NCBI RefSeq assembly: GCF_009834535.1
Contig: NC_045707.1
Coordinates: 61,816,001 to 61,880,000 of the forward strand
Length of the DNA stretch: 64,000 nucleotides
Reading direction: 5' to 3'
Origin: Camelus ferus
Lineage: Eukaryota
The notes under the pieces are model-generated. The model did not search any database, was not told the DNA's origin, and was given only the letters and a program-made list of their open reading frames with translations. Of this stretch, positions 1-12,448 are shown in pieces. Each line of letters begins with the position of its first letter. The first letter of the stretch is position 1. The position numbers and the translations under genes are program-made.

Positions 1-112
1 GAAATTAAGATAGTATAAAGATGATCTAAGAGGTGACTGTCATTGATGTCTATGCAAAATAAACTACCTTTACTGTTTGAAATGACCAAAGACACAGTAT
101 GGAACTGGTCAG

Positions 113-1260
113 TTTTACATGTGGATAGCCAGTTTTCCAACTTCATTCATTGAAGAGACTCTCATTTCCCCGCTGTGTACTTTTTGTACCCTTGCCAAAG
201 ATCAGTTGACAGTGTATCCACGGCTTTTTTTTTCTGAGTTCTCTGCTCTGTACCATTGGTCTAGTCATCTGTTTTTATTCCAGTACCATACTGTTGTAAT
301 TACTGTGGCTTTGTAATTTATTTTCAAATCAGGAAATGTGATGGCTCCAGCTTTGTTCTTTCTCAGTATTGCTTAGGCTATTTGGGGTCTTTTGTGATTC
401 TACCTGAATTTTAGGATTTTAAAAAATTTTGTGAAAAAATACCATTGACATTTTGATAGGGATTCTATTGATTCCTAACATAGCTTGGGGTAGTATGGAT
501 AATTTATCAATATTAAGTGTTCTGTGAAGACCGATGTCTTTTGATTTACCTGTGTCTTCATTAATTTCTTTCATCAATGTTTTATAGGTTTCAGCATACA
601 AGTGTTTCAACTCCTTGGTTAAGTTTATTTTTCAATATTTTTTTTCTTTTTGATACCAATTATAGATGAGATTGTTTCTTAATTTTTCTTTTTGGACAGT
701 TCACTGTTAGTGTCTAGACACACAAATAATTTTTGCATGTTGATTTTGTATGCTGCAGCTTTACTGAACTTGTTTATTAGTTATAAGTTTTTGGGGGGAG
801 TCTAGCATTTTCTATATGTAAGAACATGTCATCCGCAAACAGAGATAATTTTTCTTCTTCCTTTCCAATTGGGATGTCTTCTATTTTTTTTTCTTGCCTC
901 ATTACTCTGACCAGGGCTTCCAGTACCAAGTTGAATAGAAGTGGCAAGAGTAGGCATCCATGCCTTGCTCCTGATCTTAGAGGAAAGCTTTCAGATTTTC
1001 CCACTGCTTACGATGTTAGCTGTGGGCTTGTCATATGTGGCCTTTATCATATTGAGGTAGATTCCTTCTATTGCTAGTTTCTTAAGACTCCTTAACATCA
1101 AACATTTGTATTTTGTCAAATTCTTTTACTGTACCTATTGGGATGATCATGTGAATTTTACCCTTTGTTCTGTTAATATGGTGTATCACATTAATTGATT
1201 TTCATATGTTGAATTACCCTTGCATCCCAAGGACAAATCCCACACAGTCATGGTGTATGA
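113..1260 (-). mobile_element. LINE-1 ORF2 (RT and downstream region) remnant; inverted 5' segment of a rearranged L1
   Basis: Minus-strand ORFs 777-1004 ([25 protein letters not shown]...KLSLFADDM, the L1 RT motif) and 419-610 (YKTLMKEI..D..K.KDI, INRIPIK) are degraded L1 ORF2; the frame is broken by stops and frameshifts. Confidence 0.95.
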
Positions 1261-1264
1261 GCCG

Positions 1265-1858
1265 CTCTCCTATAAATAGGTGTTGGGAAAACTGGACAGC
1301 CACGTGAAAAAGGATGATATTGAACCCCTATCTTATGCCATACACAAAGATCAACTTGAAGTTGATGAAATATTTAAATGTAAGACCTGAACCTGAAAAA
1401 CTCCTAGAATAAAACATAGGAGAAAAGATTTATGACATTGATTTGGTCAGTGATTTCTTCCATATGACACCAAAAGCACAAATAAGAAAAGCAAAAATAG
1501 GTAAATGGACTCCATTGTAATAAAAACCTTCCGCACAACAAAGAAAACCATTAGCAAGAGTGAAAAGGCAACCTGCAGAATGGGAGAAACTACCTTCAAA
1601 GCCTATGTATGATTAAGGGATTAATATCCAAACATATGAAAGGAACTCTTACTATTCAATATTTTTAAAGTCATATAATTGGATTAAAGAACAGGCAAAG
1701 TGCTTGAATAATTTTTCCAAAGAAGATGCATAAATGACCAACAGGTGTATGAACAGGTGCTCAGCATCACTAATCATAAGGGAAATTCAAATTTAAAACA
1801 GTGAGATATCCTCTCACACAAATTAAGGTGACTATTTAAAAAAAATAAGAAGATAACA
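1265..1858 (+). mobile_element. LINE-1 ORF2 3' region remnant; non-inverted segment, 3' end missing
   Basis: Typical L1 sequence: tgggaaaactggacagccac, aaacataggagaaaag, gaatgggagaaa, tgctcagcatcactaatcataagggaaattcaaa. Similarity stops near 1858 with no 3'UTR or polyA. Confidence 0.9.
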
Positions 1859-2469
1859 GAAGCTAGATTTTTTAAAACAAATTCCCCTGTCATTCACTTT
1901 GTGATGATAGTATTTGCACCATACTCCAGGCCATAATAGGAATAGCTAAAGAGGGCAATATTCTCTGTAATTAATGACATGGAGAATTCCTCAGGGAAAA
2001 AACAAAATTATCTAGGTGTCACATCTGTAACATTTTGAAGGGGCTTTAAATTTGCCTATAATCATTTATTCATTTTATGAAAGAGATTTATTTTAAAAGG
2101 GTTTAAAGGAGGATTTAAGAAAAATCTGTAAAATATTACATTTTATCTACATATAAGCTATCGAATTGGTGACCACGTGTATTTATCCCTAGTAGAGTGC
2201 ATTCTTCAACCCTGTTTTAGCACAAAAATAATGGTAAACATTGGTAGAGGAGTTAATGTGGATAATTGCCCGCTTCAGCTATTACTGCTGACAGATAAAT
2301 CCCTAGTAAAGAAATGATTGCAGTCAAGAACATAATCACCACACCCCAGGGACCTCTAAAGGCTTAATCAAAATTGTTTTTGTAAGTCATTTTTAACTCT
2401 TACTTTTACTATTTGAAAAGTAGTGATCATGATCTATTGAAGAGATATTTTCCTCTTTCAAGTTTGCAA

Positions 2470-2680
2470 CATTGTCTATGTGCCAGCAGCTCTTTCATTC
2501 TTTTTCAAATATTATCTCCTTCGATTCACACAAAATTCCTCGTGATAGGTGCTATTATTTCCCCCACTTTGCAGAAGAGGGTACTGAGTAACTAGTGTGG
2601 TTAAATCATTTGTCCAAAATTATGCTTCTAAGTTGCAGACCTGGATTTGCACTAGGGCATTCTGACATCTTAGTCTGTAT
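2470..2680 (-). mobile_element. MIR SINE
   Basis: Reverse MIR core-like: tattatttcccccactttgcagaagagggtactgag...ggttaaatcatttgtccaaa. Confidence 0.65.
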
Positions 2681-3072
2681 CCCCAAAAACTATCTGCCCC
2701 CAGTCCAAGTTAAATTTGCGTTATTTATCTGTTTGAATATGTTTTTTGTTGCTATTATGTTTTAAGAAAATCATTAATTTTGGACATTTTAATGACACAA
2801 TTTTGGATCACTGGAGGTGCCATGCAGTTAGTCTGCTTGAGCGTTAGGGTGGATGAAATCATCAGCCACAATTTTTAAGTTTCTGCTCTTGCTTGTATCC
2901 CCAGAACCCCTGTGGCTAAGTCATGTAGAGATGGGAAAATAATTGATACCATGGAATTCTAGGAGCCAGCAGACATAAAAACTTAAAACTTTCCGGAGCA
3001 AGCAGATCTGCAGAAAAGAAATTGTTCCATTTATGAGGAAAACTAATCTTTGAGGAAGTGGAAGACTCCTTT

Positions 3073-3529
3073 TGTTACTGAGTCCAAACTCATTCTGCTC
3101 ATCCCACCACAGGCCAGTAAATCAGGAGATGAGGTGTTGGGGCAAGGAATATCGACTTTATTCGTAAAGGCAGCAGACCAAGAAGATGGGGGACTAATGT
3201 CTTAGAGAGCCCTCTTCACCAAGTCAGAATTTAGGCTCCTTTTATACTAAAAAAGGAGTGGGGGTGTGGCTGGTTGTTGCAAACTTCTTGGTGTCAGAAT
3301 CTGTTGTTCTTGAAGCTGTCCCTGCAGGTCAGGTCATGATGTCCCTGTAAACCTTCAACAGGACAAAAGTTATTTTCCATTCTGCAACTTTTTAATCTTT
3401 ATATGGATGGGAAAAATGTCATACCCTTAAAGGTTAGAACCAGCAGGACTAAGCAACAGAAACAGAGCACAGGGTTAAAGCCAAAGGAATAGCCCTAATA
3501 TGGAGTCAGATTTGTTCTTCCCTATTAGA
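3073..3529 (-). mobile_element. ERV1-class solo LTR
   Basis: Begins TGTTACTGAGTCCAAACTC and ends near ccctattaga (degenerate ..TACA). Minus-strand AATAAA (tttatt 3157-3162). Internal motifs ggggcaaggaata and agaagatgg..gact resemble laurasiatherian ERV1 LTRs. Confidence 0.75.
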
Positions 3530-4289
3530 CTCCCTTCACTGAAATGAGTCAAACACAATCTAGATTTATTTCTTAAATTCTAAGATTAGATAAATGTGTG
3601 GCATTTGGCTTCATTTCAAGGCATTTATAAATCATTTCTACTGATTTATAAATGACCTGGAAATATATATACATAAATGAGCACCTAGAGTTGAAGGACA
3701 TAAATCAGCAAAGGATTGTTTCATTGGAACCAAGAGAAGAGAATGTCTCAAAGCAGGATAGTCAATAACATACAAACTTCCTCAGAGACAAAGAAAAGAC
3801 TTTACCCATTGGATTTTATACAAGTTTGTTGTGAATTTTTTTTATTTCTAATACTTTCATTAAAAAGACTCTGCAACATTAACAGGCTTTATAATTGGTG
3901 CAAATGTAAAATTTCCTACTTAAAGGGAAATTGTCTAACATTATTATACCTTAATTTGCATGTTTTCTTATGAGAATAAGCCAGGGTATTAGGACTACTA
4001 ATGGAACTGAGTCTGTACAAAGACTTTGGGGTCTGTGTGGGACAGTGATTTGTGATTATTGCCAATTCCCTTGGGAGCCTGAGTTTGGATATTATCAGTT
4101 TTGAGCAATAGGTTCTACAGAGTAACCCTCTAGGAATGCCTCTCAAGGAGCAGGCGAGCTCACCATAAGCCAAGGGAGAGTGAGCAGAAAAGAACGAATA
4201 ATGCCTAATTTGGTTTTACTGTAGAGCATTTTTGTACACTTGCTGGAAGGAATGTTATTGCACTGCAACATCTTCTAAAGGGCTCATCG

Positions 4290-4622
4290 TGGACACTGTT
4301 CCGAACTGGCACCATAATGGACTGTCCTGTGTCTTGCCCTTGTACGTTTGCATAACTGTTTTCCTCTGCTGGATGTGCTGCCTCTACTCCACCTTTTATG
4401 TATCACAAATTAGCTCAGTTGTCTCCACTGGGAAGCCTTTCCTGATCTCATAGACTGGATTAGGAATTCTAATTTCCCGTGACAGCCTGTGCATGATAGA
4501 AGCAGACTCATTGGTTTCCAGAATAGCTTATGAACTTTTCTAAGGCATTGTTCATCATTTTATTCTAGTCTACTGCCTGACACATAGTATGAACCTCAGT
4601 AACTATTGTTTAATTGAACTAA
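4290..4622 (+). mobile_element. L2 LINE 3' end
   Basis: Contains gggaagccttttcctga and the terminus tgcctgacacatagtatgaacctcagtaactattgtttaattgaa, resembling the L2 3' end. Confidence 0.7.
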
Positions 4623-4656
4623 CCTCCTGAAATTGTGTTAAGAGAATATCACTGTT

Positions 4657-5156
4657 GTAGGCATATTCTGAAGGCTTCCCAGTGACTCCCATCTTCTCAA
4701 GTCTATACCCTTGTGTGGACTGGACCAAGTGACTTGCCTCTACAAGACAGATTATGGCAAAATAAATGGGATGCAAAGATCTTGAATTCTATATTGCTCT
4801 TACTTGCTCTCTGGCCCTCTTGTTTACAAGTTCTGATGGAGTAAACCCTGATCTTGTGAGCTGCCCTATGGAAAGGGCCACATGGAGAAGTGTTAAGGGT
4901 GGTCTCCAGTCACCAGCCAGTGAGGAACTGAGACCCTCAGTCTACTAACCCATGAGGAAATGAATCCTGTCAACAACATGTAAATAATCTTGGAAAAGTA
5001 TTCACCCCAAATCAAACCTTAAGGTGACTGTAGCACAGGTTGACACCTTCATTACAGCCTTGTGAGAAACCCAGGAGACCTACAGATAATAAATGCTCTT
5101 GTTTTAAACCACTAAGTTTTGGAGTATTTGTTATTTAGAAATAGCTAAATTATATA
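4657..5156 (+). mobile_element. MaLR LTR (MLT1F/G-like)
   Basis: ctgccctatggaaagggccacatgg, cagccagtgaggaactgagaccctcagtc and the terminus gttttaaaccactaagttttggagtatttgttat are hallmark MLT1 motifs. Confidence 0.85.
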
Positions 5157-6669
5157 ATCATTAAGCCAAAAGCCTAAGATAGACCTCAAACTTATTTACT
5201 TGATTCGATAGGAGATATCAATCACCTTAATGTGTTATGTGCAAGACCTGGAAAGTGAAACTTACCAGAGAGGATGGGACATCACCGGTATCTGGATACA
5301 AAAGTAAACCATTGCAGAAGAGGGTCCATGATCCTGTAGAAACAAAATGTATCCTACTATTTGCATTTTATGTTCTTGAAAATTGGTCAGAGGACATGCC
5401 ACAAGTGTAAAAATCAATCATTTCTTATCAGATATGATCAATATTTAGAATGTTTTTTTTCAATAATGTGTTAAGTGAGGTAGAGAGAGGTTCTGTGATA
5501 AAGAATTATGTATCAGGCAATATAACACAATTCCGTATGATTATCAAATTTAGGTCCTTTCCACTGTACTTTGCTGTCCAGACCCATATCAATTTCCAGT
5601 CCACCAAGAGAGAAAAAAGTAATATATGCTTATAGCCTCAATTTATCTATCAATGATTCAACTAGAATTCCCTGGAGCTAACATTCATATCTGAGATCCT
5701 ACTTATCCTAGAATTGAGCAAAGAAGAAAACTGAACAATAAGACTTGATTGTAGGGATGTAGACACGATTATACATAGAGGAAATCGCTCGGTTAGTTAC
5801 AATATAGCTGGAGTGCATTTGTATCGTACTTCCTTGGTACAATGTAGAGAGATAAGAGGAACAAAGCTCAAATAGAACCAAATAGACCCCTTAAAGATGG
5901 GGAACACAAAATTGGACATGGAAACTGACATTGGGGAGATGAAATTGGGGAGGTGAAAGGATTACATAAAATACTGCTTTGCTCATCAAATTCATCCCCT
6001 TTTTACTTATTATTACTTACAATGCTTTGTATTCTATTTTGTTCTTACTATTTTTTCAAAATTCTTGTCCAGCATTTTTCATCTCTCTCTTATCAGTAAA
6101 CTTTGCATCATTTGATCCTTCCTACCAAAAATATTTTGAATTTTTAATGCCATCACTCCAAATTCCACGTTCTTCTAAGTCCATAAACCTTAATTCAATG
6201 TTTAATCATTTTCACTGTTTAGAGATACAGAGTAATACAGAGGAAAATGATAAAGGAAAGTAAATGCTCATCTTTTTAAATTGTTATTCTTCTTCTCAAA
6301 TTCCCTAACTGCATTTATTTCATTAGTTTTTCCCTCCTGAATTATAGTTGGCCGTGGATTCATCGTAAGATTAACTAAGCAAAGCCAAGACCATTAATTT
6401 ATGAGTAACTTCTATTCATTCTTCATTTATACTGCTGCATAAAAGGTCATGTTTTCCTGCCAAACTAAATGCAACTGTAAAAAGCAGGAAGACACTTACT
6501 AGCAAAACACTCATAAAACTCTTTGCTCTACGTGGTCAGAGATGGTGTAATACTAGGAACAAAGCCACAAAAGAAACCAAATCTTAAACAATTACAAATT
6601 TCATGAATCAGGATGATGGAGGAACTGGGAAGGTGTCAAAGTAATTCCTTAGTACATTTGTGTAATTTA

Positions 6670-7510
6670 GAATAATATAATTGCCTCTTAATATGTCTCC
6701 CTATCTATAGACCTTTCACTTTCTAATCCAGTTTTCATAAGGCATGAGAAGGATCTTGTGAAAACAGAAATTTGATCAAGTTAATTTCCTATTTAAACTC
6801 ATTAATGAGTCTTCATGGGAATAGTTATAAGGTTCAAATCCCTCCGCTTGATTTAAATCCTTGCTGCTCCGAGTATGGTAAATGGGCCAGTAGTATTAGC
6901 ATCACTTGTAAGTTATTAGATATTAGGGCCCTACTCCAGACCTCCTGAATCAGAATCTAGGTTTTAAAAACATCTCAGATGACTTCTATGCACATAAATT
7001 TTTAAGAGGTACTGATTCACATGGTCTTTTAATCTGTCTTCTACCTACCACTCCAACTTTTGACATATGCTTTGACATACTCTATGATACAGCCCCAACA
7101 GTTTTTAAAATCATTTTATTTAAGACGTATCTAACCAACTCTGTCTTCTTGTAGGACTTCGCATATACTGTTTCATTTGTCTGGAGCAGTATTACTTACC
7201 TTCATCCCAGTGCACCTTTTCCAAAGTCCAAGTCTTTTATTCAAGTCTCTTTTCCTCTTACAAGTCTTTCAAGAGTGCTGTCCTGAGCCCTATTACCTGT
7301 TACATGCCTCTCCCTTTTGCTTCCGTACTTCTCCCATCATAATTCTAAACATAATCACATAATAATTCTTTTGTTCCAATGACAGTAGGATTATAAGATA
7401 AATCAATGTAAATATCCTTACTACTTTACCCTCCATGATATTTTCAATGCCTAGCAGAGTGACAATACATGACAAATGATCAATAACTGTTTGTTAAACA
7501 AATGATAAAA
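6670..7510 (+). mobile_element. Degraded L2 LINE, interrupted by MER5A
   Basis: L2-like segments (ctaatccagttttcata...tgatcaagttaatttcctatttaaactc) and a 3' end tgcctagcagagtgacaatacat...caataactgtttgttaaacaaatga. Confidence 0.6.
6860..7015. mobile_element. MER5A-like hAT-Charlie DNA transposon
   Basis: agcatcacttgtaagttattaga, gggccctactccagacctcctgaatcagaatct and tgacttctatgcacataaatttttaagaggtactg match MER5A motifs. Confidence 0.85.
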
Positions 7511-8794
7511 ATATTGAGGCTTAAAGTGTTTGAAGAATTTATCCCATTACATGGTTTACAACTGGGGAATATTAAAGTGTAACCACATTCTCAGCATGCA
7601 AGTTTCCTCCCTCTTATCTCAGAATAGTTTCCCTTCTTAAAATGATAAACCCTTTAGGTTTTCCTTAATTTTAAGCCCATCAAATTTCTCTGGACCTGTA
7701 TTTAACCAATCATTTGGTCTCTCATTTTTAATATTTCCAAACCCAGCTGATTCTTCTCCTCATTCTATAAATACACATGTATTTCTCTCATTTAAAATAA
7801 AATTATAGGAACATCTGTAATTTTTTCTTAGATAATGCTTTCTCAGTGATGTTTAGTGTAATACTTGTGGCCAGATAATGTCAAAATTTGGTCTAGAAAA
7901 CAAAAAAGAAATCTCCATCATCGTACACATTGTGGAGCATTCCAACATATATACCTCAAATGAGGAGTCACAATTTTTATTTTTTAAATATTTCGTAGAA
8001 AATCTGGGGCCAATGTTGGAAGCAGAGTGACCAGTTAGTAAGCTTTTCTGATATCCTAGAAAAAGAATTGTAACAATATTTAGAGTCAACACAGTGGAGC
8101 TAGAAAAGTGTCAGGTCGTGGACATTTTTCAGGGTAGAGCGGAGAAGGCTTTTGATCAGTGGTAGGTATAAGCTGAGTTTTGGGCTTCTTATGACCAGTG
8201 TGAACAGAGATAAAGATGTGGTTAATTCTGAAAATTTTCTATGAAAATTGTTGTGATAATGTAAGTGTTAGGATAGAGAGTACTGGAAAAGAAGTGTGTG
8301 ACTTACCAGGACTGTATTTGTTTAAGAAAGTGAATAACTGGTTTCTACAGGAAGCTTTCAAAAAGGTATGTTGAGTAATATAATATTCTATTATTGGTTA
8401 CATTATAATTGAAAGATATATTGAAAGTCACAGATATCCAAACAACAAAAGCATATATAAGCATAACTCTATGGCATTTACAGGGAGGAGTAAGTGAACA
8501 GGGAATTATAACACACAAAAGATACAATCTTAGAAAAATGCTTTAATGTACCAATGTAATGTATTGCTTCTAGATCGTTGCTTGAAAAATATTACTCATC
8601 CATTTAGTGATTTTAAGGCATTTGGAGAAATGTAGGTGGAAACAATAGAGTCCAGCTTTCTGAGTGATAGGGGGAAAAGGACTATAAACAAAAGCAAAAC
8701 AGAGGAAGTATGCTAGACACACACTCCTACCAAAATCTCTCAGGCATATTTGCTGACTTGATATTCAGATATATACGCTAGAATAAAACAACTA

Positions 8795-9310
8795 GGTCAT
8801 TCATTTATCCATTTATTCATTCAATAAACTTACATCTGGTAGTTACTGTGTATCAGCAAATATGGGAACAGTGATGTTACAGAGATTAAGACAGGAAGGG
8901 AGAGTACTATTTAAGCAGATTATGGAAATGCAACACTGAATAGTCTAACAGTGTTGATGAACAGAGCAGTGAAAACACGGAAGAGATTGTGTCTGATCTT
9001 TTCTGAGGATGCTGGAGGAAGCTTCACAAAGAGCTCTAAGGTGCTTCTTGAAGAAGGAGGAGCTTTGCAGCTCTAAGCAGAGAGAAGAACATGAGCAAAA
9101 TAGAGATTAGCCCGCAGCCACTGTTGCTCTGTGCATGAAAAAGTCCAGAAAAATGTGGGATGGGGACCAAGAGGCCACAGGACAGGAAAGGCGAACATAA
9201 GAGTACTTTAGATATGATGGGGTAGAAGTCTGTGTTTTCATCTGTAGGTCTTTAGGAGTCAAGAAATTTATTTAAATAAATTATATTTGTGAATCTGAAA
9301 TAATTCTGTC
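8795..9310 (-). mobile_element. L2 LINE fragment
   Basis: cattcatttatccatttattcattcaataaac is the reverse L2 tail, followed by purine-rich L2 body. Confidence 0.6.
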
Positions 9311-9439
9311 ATCTGTGTGTTCTGGTATGAGTGGGTTAAGTGGTGGCCAGAGAAGGGTTAGAGAAAGTTATAGAGAGTTTGTTGTTTCATGTAGCGTTTG
9401 GTCAGTTGAAAAGATGGTGTTTATAGTGGAGGAAGAGAA

Positions 9440-9830
9440 TGAGTTGTCCATCAGCGACTAGTACGGCCCTTGCTAGGGTAGGTGGCCCAGCTCATTCCTC
9501 CAGCTACAGGGAGTGTGACTGATGATCATAGCTTTCCACTGATAAGAGGAGCTTCTTCACTGGAAGTTATGCACTGTCAGTGGGGGCAGACTTGGCAGCC
9601 CACATCCAATGACTGGTCTCTTTAAGGCTGCAAAGACCCAGTTCTCTTGCTCAATTCAGGGCTCTTTAGAACAGCCATTCCAGCTCTAGATCTCCCTGTG
9701 GAAGCGTGTGGAGCCTGTTAGAATTTCATTGCAGTCCAACTTCTGCCTCCAACTTACCCTAGTTCCCTCCTTCTCTTACAGGTGTTGATAGTAAGAGCAT
9801 TTCCCAGTAAACCACCTACAAATAACTGGC
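9440..9830 (+). mobile_element. ERVL LTR fragment (LTR16-like)
   Basis: gctccttctcttacaggtgttgatagtaagagcatttcccagtaaaccacctac and cccacatccaatgactggtc resemble LTR16. Confidence 0.65.
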
Positions 9831-10014
9831 TCCTGAATAACATAAGGTATATGTTAAGTGACATAAATACAGGAATATAGGGTGGAGATAAGACATATAT
9901 AAGAATAACTCATAGGAACATTACTAAAAGTGAGATTTGCTGTTGACAAATGAGGTCTCATGTTTGTCACTTCCCTTGAAATATGAAAAATTCCCTTGGT
10001 CTGTATTCTTTCTG

Positions 10015-11060
10015 CATGCATCTTTTGTTCCCTCTTATTTTTTCAGCAAATATTTATTAATTTTTCTGTGTACAAGAGACTGTGCTTGGCACTGGGGACC
10101 TATGTACTGCACAAGGCACAGCCTTCTTCCATTAGAGATTGTGATTACTTCAGAATGGTTAAGGATCAGGGAAATAATGAGGCCAAATGGTATGTACTCA
10201 GTTCTTAAGTGAGCTTCGCATGATCCAAAAAATGATAGGAGCCATGGAAGGATTCTGGGTCCTGTAGAGCATGGTCAGATTTATATTTGTGAAAAAATTC
10301 ACTTTGGAAAAAGTAAAAAGAACTTATTGGAGGAGAATGAGGCTGGAGGTAGAGAGCCCAAGTTAAAGGCATGTTTAATATTCCAGATGATCTATGTAGG
10401 GCAGAAGCAAGGTGATGAATGTAGGCATTCAGACGGGAGGACACACTCCAGTTATAATTAGGTGCAAAGAAGTAATACAGCTTGGAGCATTTATGAAATA
10501 AATGATGGATACAGCTGGATGGACCATGAATCTCAGGATTCTATCTTGGCCCTTTGGTTGCCTCTTGTTATCACTGAACAAATAAAGATGAAACTAGAAA
10601 ATACAGTTTGGTGGAGGAGAGGGAAAGTAATTGGTTAAGATCTGGACAATCAAAGCCATTAGAATTGAGATCCCCATAGAGGAGAATACAGAGTGAAAGA
10701 AAAAATGAAGAGACAGTAGGACAGAGTAGGGCCAAAAAAAAGACATGTGAATGAGGTTGCGAAGCAACTAAGAGCAGAACCAGGTGAGCATGGGATGATG
10801 ATATTCTGGATTCTAAGGGCTGAGACAGATTTTAAAAAGGATAATAACCACCATTGAAAGCCACAGTCAAGTGAGAAGACGATATAAAAATTACTTTGGA
10901 TTTAGTGATCAGAACATTATTGCAAGGCTTAATTAGTGCAATTTTATTGGAATAATGAGACAATAGTAAAATTTCAAGCAACATGGACTGACAAATGGGA
11001 AGGAGGTATGTAGGAATATGATGAGTTTAGACTATTTTTTGGACATCTGAGAAGTGAAAG
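10015..11060 (-). mobile_element. L2 LINE fragments
   Basis: ttcagcaaatatttattaa..tgtgcttggcactgggga, gggagccatggaaggattc, ggtcagatttatatttgtgaaaaaattcacttt and ttggatttagtgatcagaac. Confidence 0.65.
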
Positions 11061-11800
11061 GAAGAAGAAATAATAGGTAGAGAGAAATTAAAAGGTAAAC
11101 GTTCAGTTTTTCTTTTATCATATTTCGTTTTTTAAGCACAAAAACACGTAAGCATATTTATAAGCAGAGGGGAAGAAATTAAGCAGTAAAGGAAAAGACT
11201 GTTAACAGACGACAACAACAGCAACAACAACTTACAGCTGGAGAAGTTCCCTGAGGTCAGTAAAGGGTAGTGAACACAGTATCAGAGTTGAAGTGTCATA
11301 CTTCAGACGTAGATAGATTTATTTTTTTTCCAAGACAAGAGGAAAAGAATTATGGATGTACAAAAGTTTGTAGGTTGGATAAGTGGAAGCAGCTGGTGAT
11401 GGACGCACCTGATGACATTTACTTCTCACGTCAAATAGAAAAGATGTTTTTATGCTAAAGCAGAAGGGTTAACAAGCTAGAAGGGGATGTGGAAAATTTT
11501 GAACACTTGCTCTGAGTAATGCGATGATTGCGAATGGCTAAAAATAGATGAAGTCCTAAGAATCACTGAGAAGTCGTCGTGTGCATTTATGAACCATAAT
11601 TTTGTAGAGTTACCAAACGGCACAGTCGGATGATTTTGACCAGTTATTTTGTGCAAAAAATAAATGAACTATTCAGGCAATGAACAGGATCATTTGGAAG
11701 TCTGAAATGGAAATGCCCATCTTTTCGGCCAGTACATTGGCCCAAGATTGGTTTTCACATACCCTGACCATTAACTTTGGGTGATTCAAGGGAAAATCTA

Positions 11801-11804
<4 letters not shown>

Positions 11805-11850
<46 letters not shown>
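11805..11850. repeat. (GT)23 microsatellite
   Basis: Perfect dinucleotide run read directly. Confidence 0.98.
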
Positions 11851-11851
<1 letters not shown>

Positions 11852-12239
11852 GGCAATGTGTACACAAAACACAAATTCCAAATGGTAAATAGTACCCACC
11901 ATCATGACAGTAAGAAAAAACTCACTGAGAAGAAATTTTGTAATCTAATAATTCTCCAACATGATACCAGACGTCTGACTATGAAGTGTTGTGAACAAAC
12001 AGTGAACAATCTGAATGAAAACTGAGTCTTTAAGATCTGCTCATAAAGATGAAAAAAAGGTACCATTCTTTAGGAAGCAACCAGTCTGATACTTGGTAAA
12101 CAAGCTAGTGTTACTTTTCCTAAAAGCATTTTCCCCCAAATCCTTGGAGAATCATTTTCTTGACTGCTCTGATGTGAGTGTTCCCATGCCTATAATAAAG
12201 CTCTGTCAAGGGTTCAATTCAGTTGTTCCTATTTCTTTA

Positions 12240-12243
<4 letters not shown>

Positions 12244-12270
<27 letters not shown>
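12244..12270. repeat. (TG)13 microsatellite
   Basis: Perfect dinucleotide run read directly. Confidence 0.97.
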
Positions 12271-12288
12271 TAGAAGGGAATCTCTTGT

Positions 12289-12448
12289 TTTGTTTTTTAT
12301 TTAATTCTTTTTTATTTTATTTTATTTTTTGAGGGGGGAGATAATTAGGTTTATTTATCTATTTACTTAATGGAGATATTGGGGATTGAACCCAGGATTT
12401 TGTGCCTGCTGAAGCACGCACTCTACCAATTGAGCTATCCCCTCCCCC
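12289..12448 (-). mobile_element. tRNA-Ala-derived SINE (camelid Vic-1-like)
   Basis: The reverse complement reads GGGGAGGGGATAGCTCAATTGGTAGAG...GGGTTCAATCCCCA, then an aaataaacctaattat tail. TSD ggaatctcttgt (12277-12288) / ggaatcttttgt (12450-12461). Confidence 0.9.

Noticed and set aside
777..1004. Reverse-transcriptase motif ORF (FADDM) as a novel retroelement or RT system
   Set aside because: It is an ordinary decayed LINE-1 ORF2 fragment.
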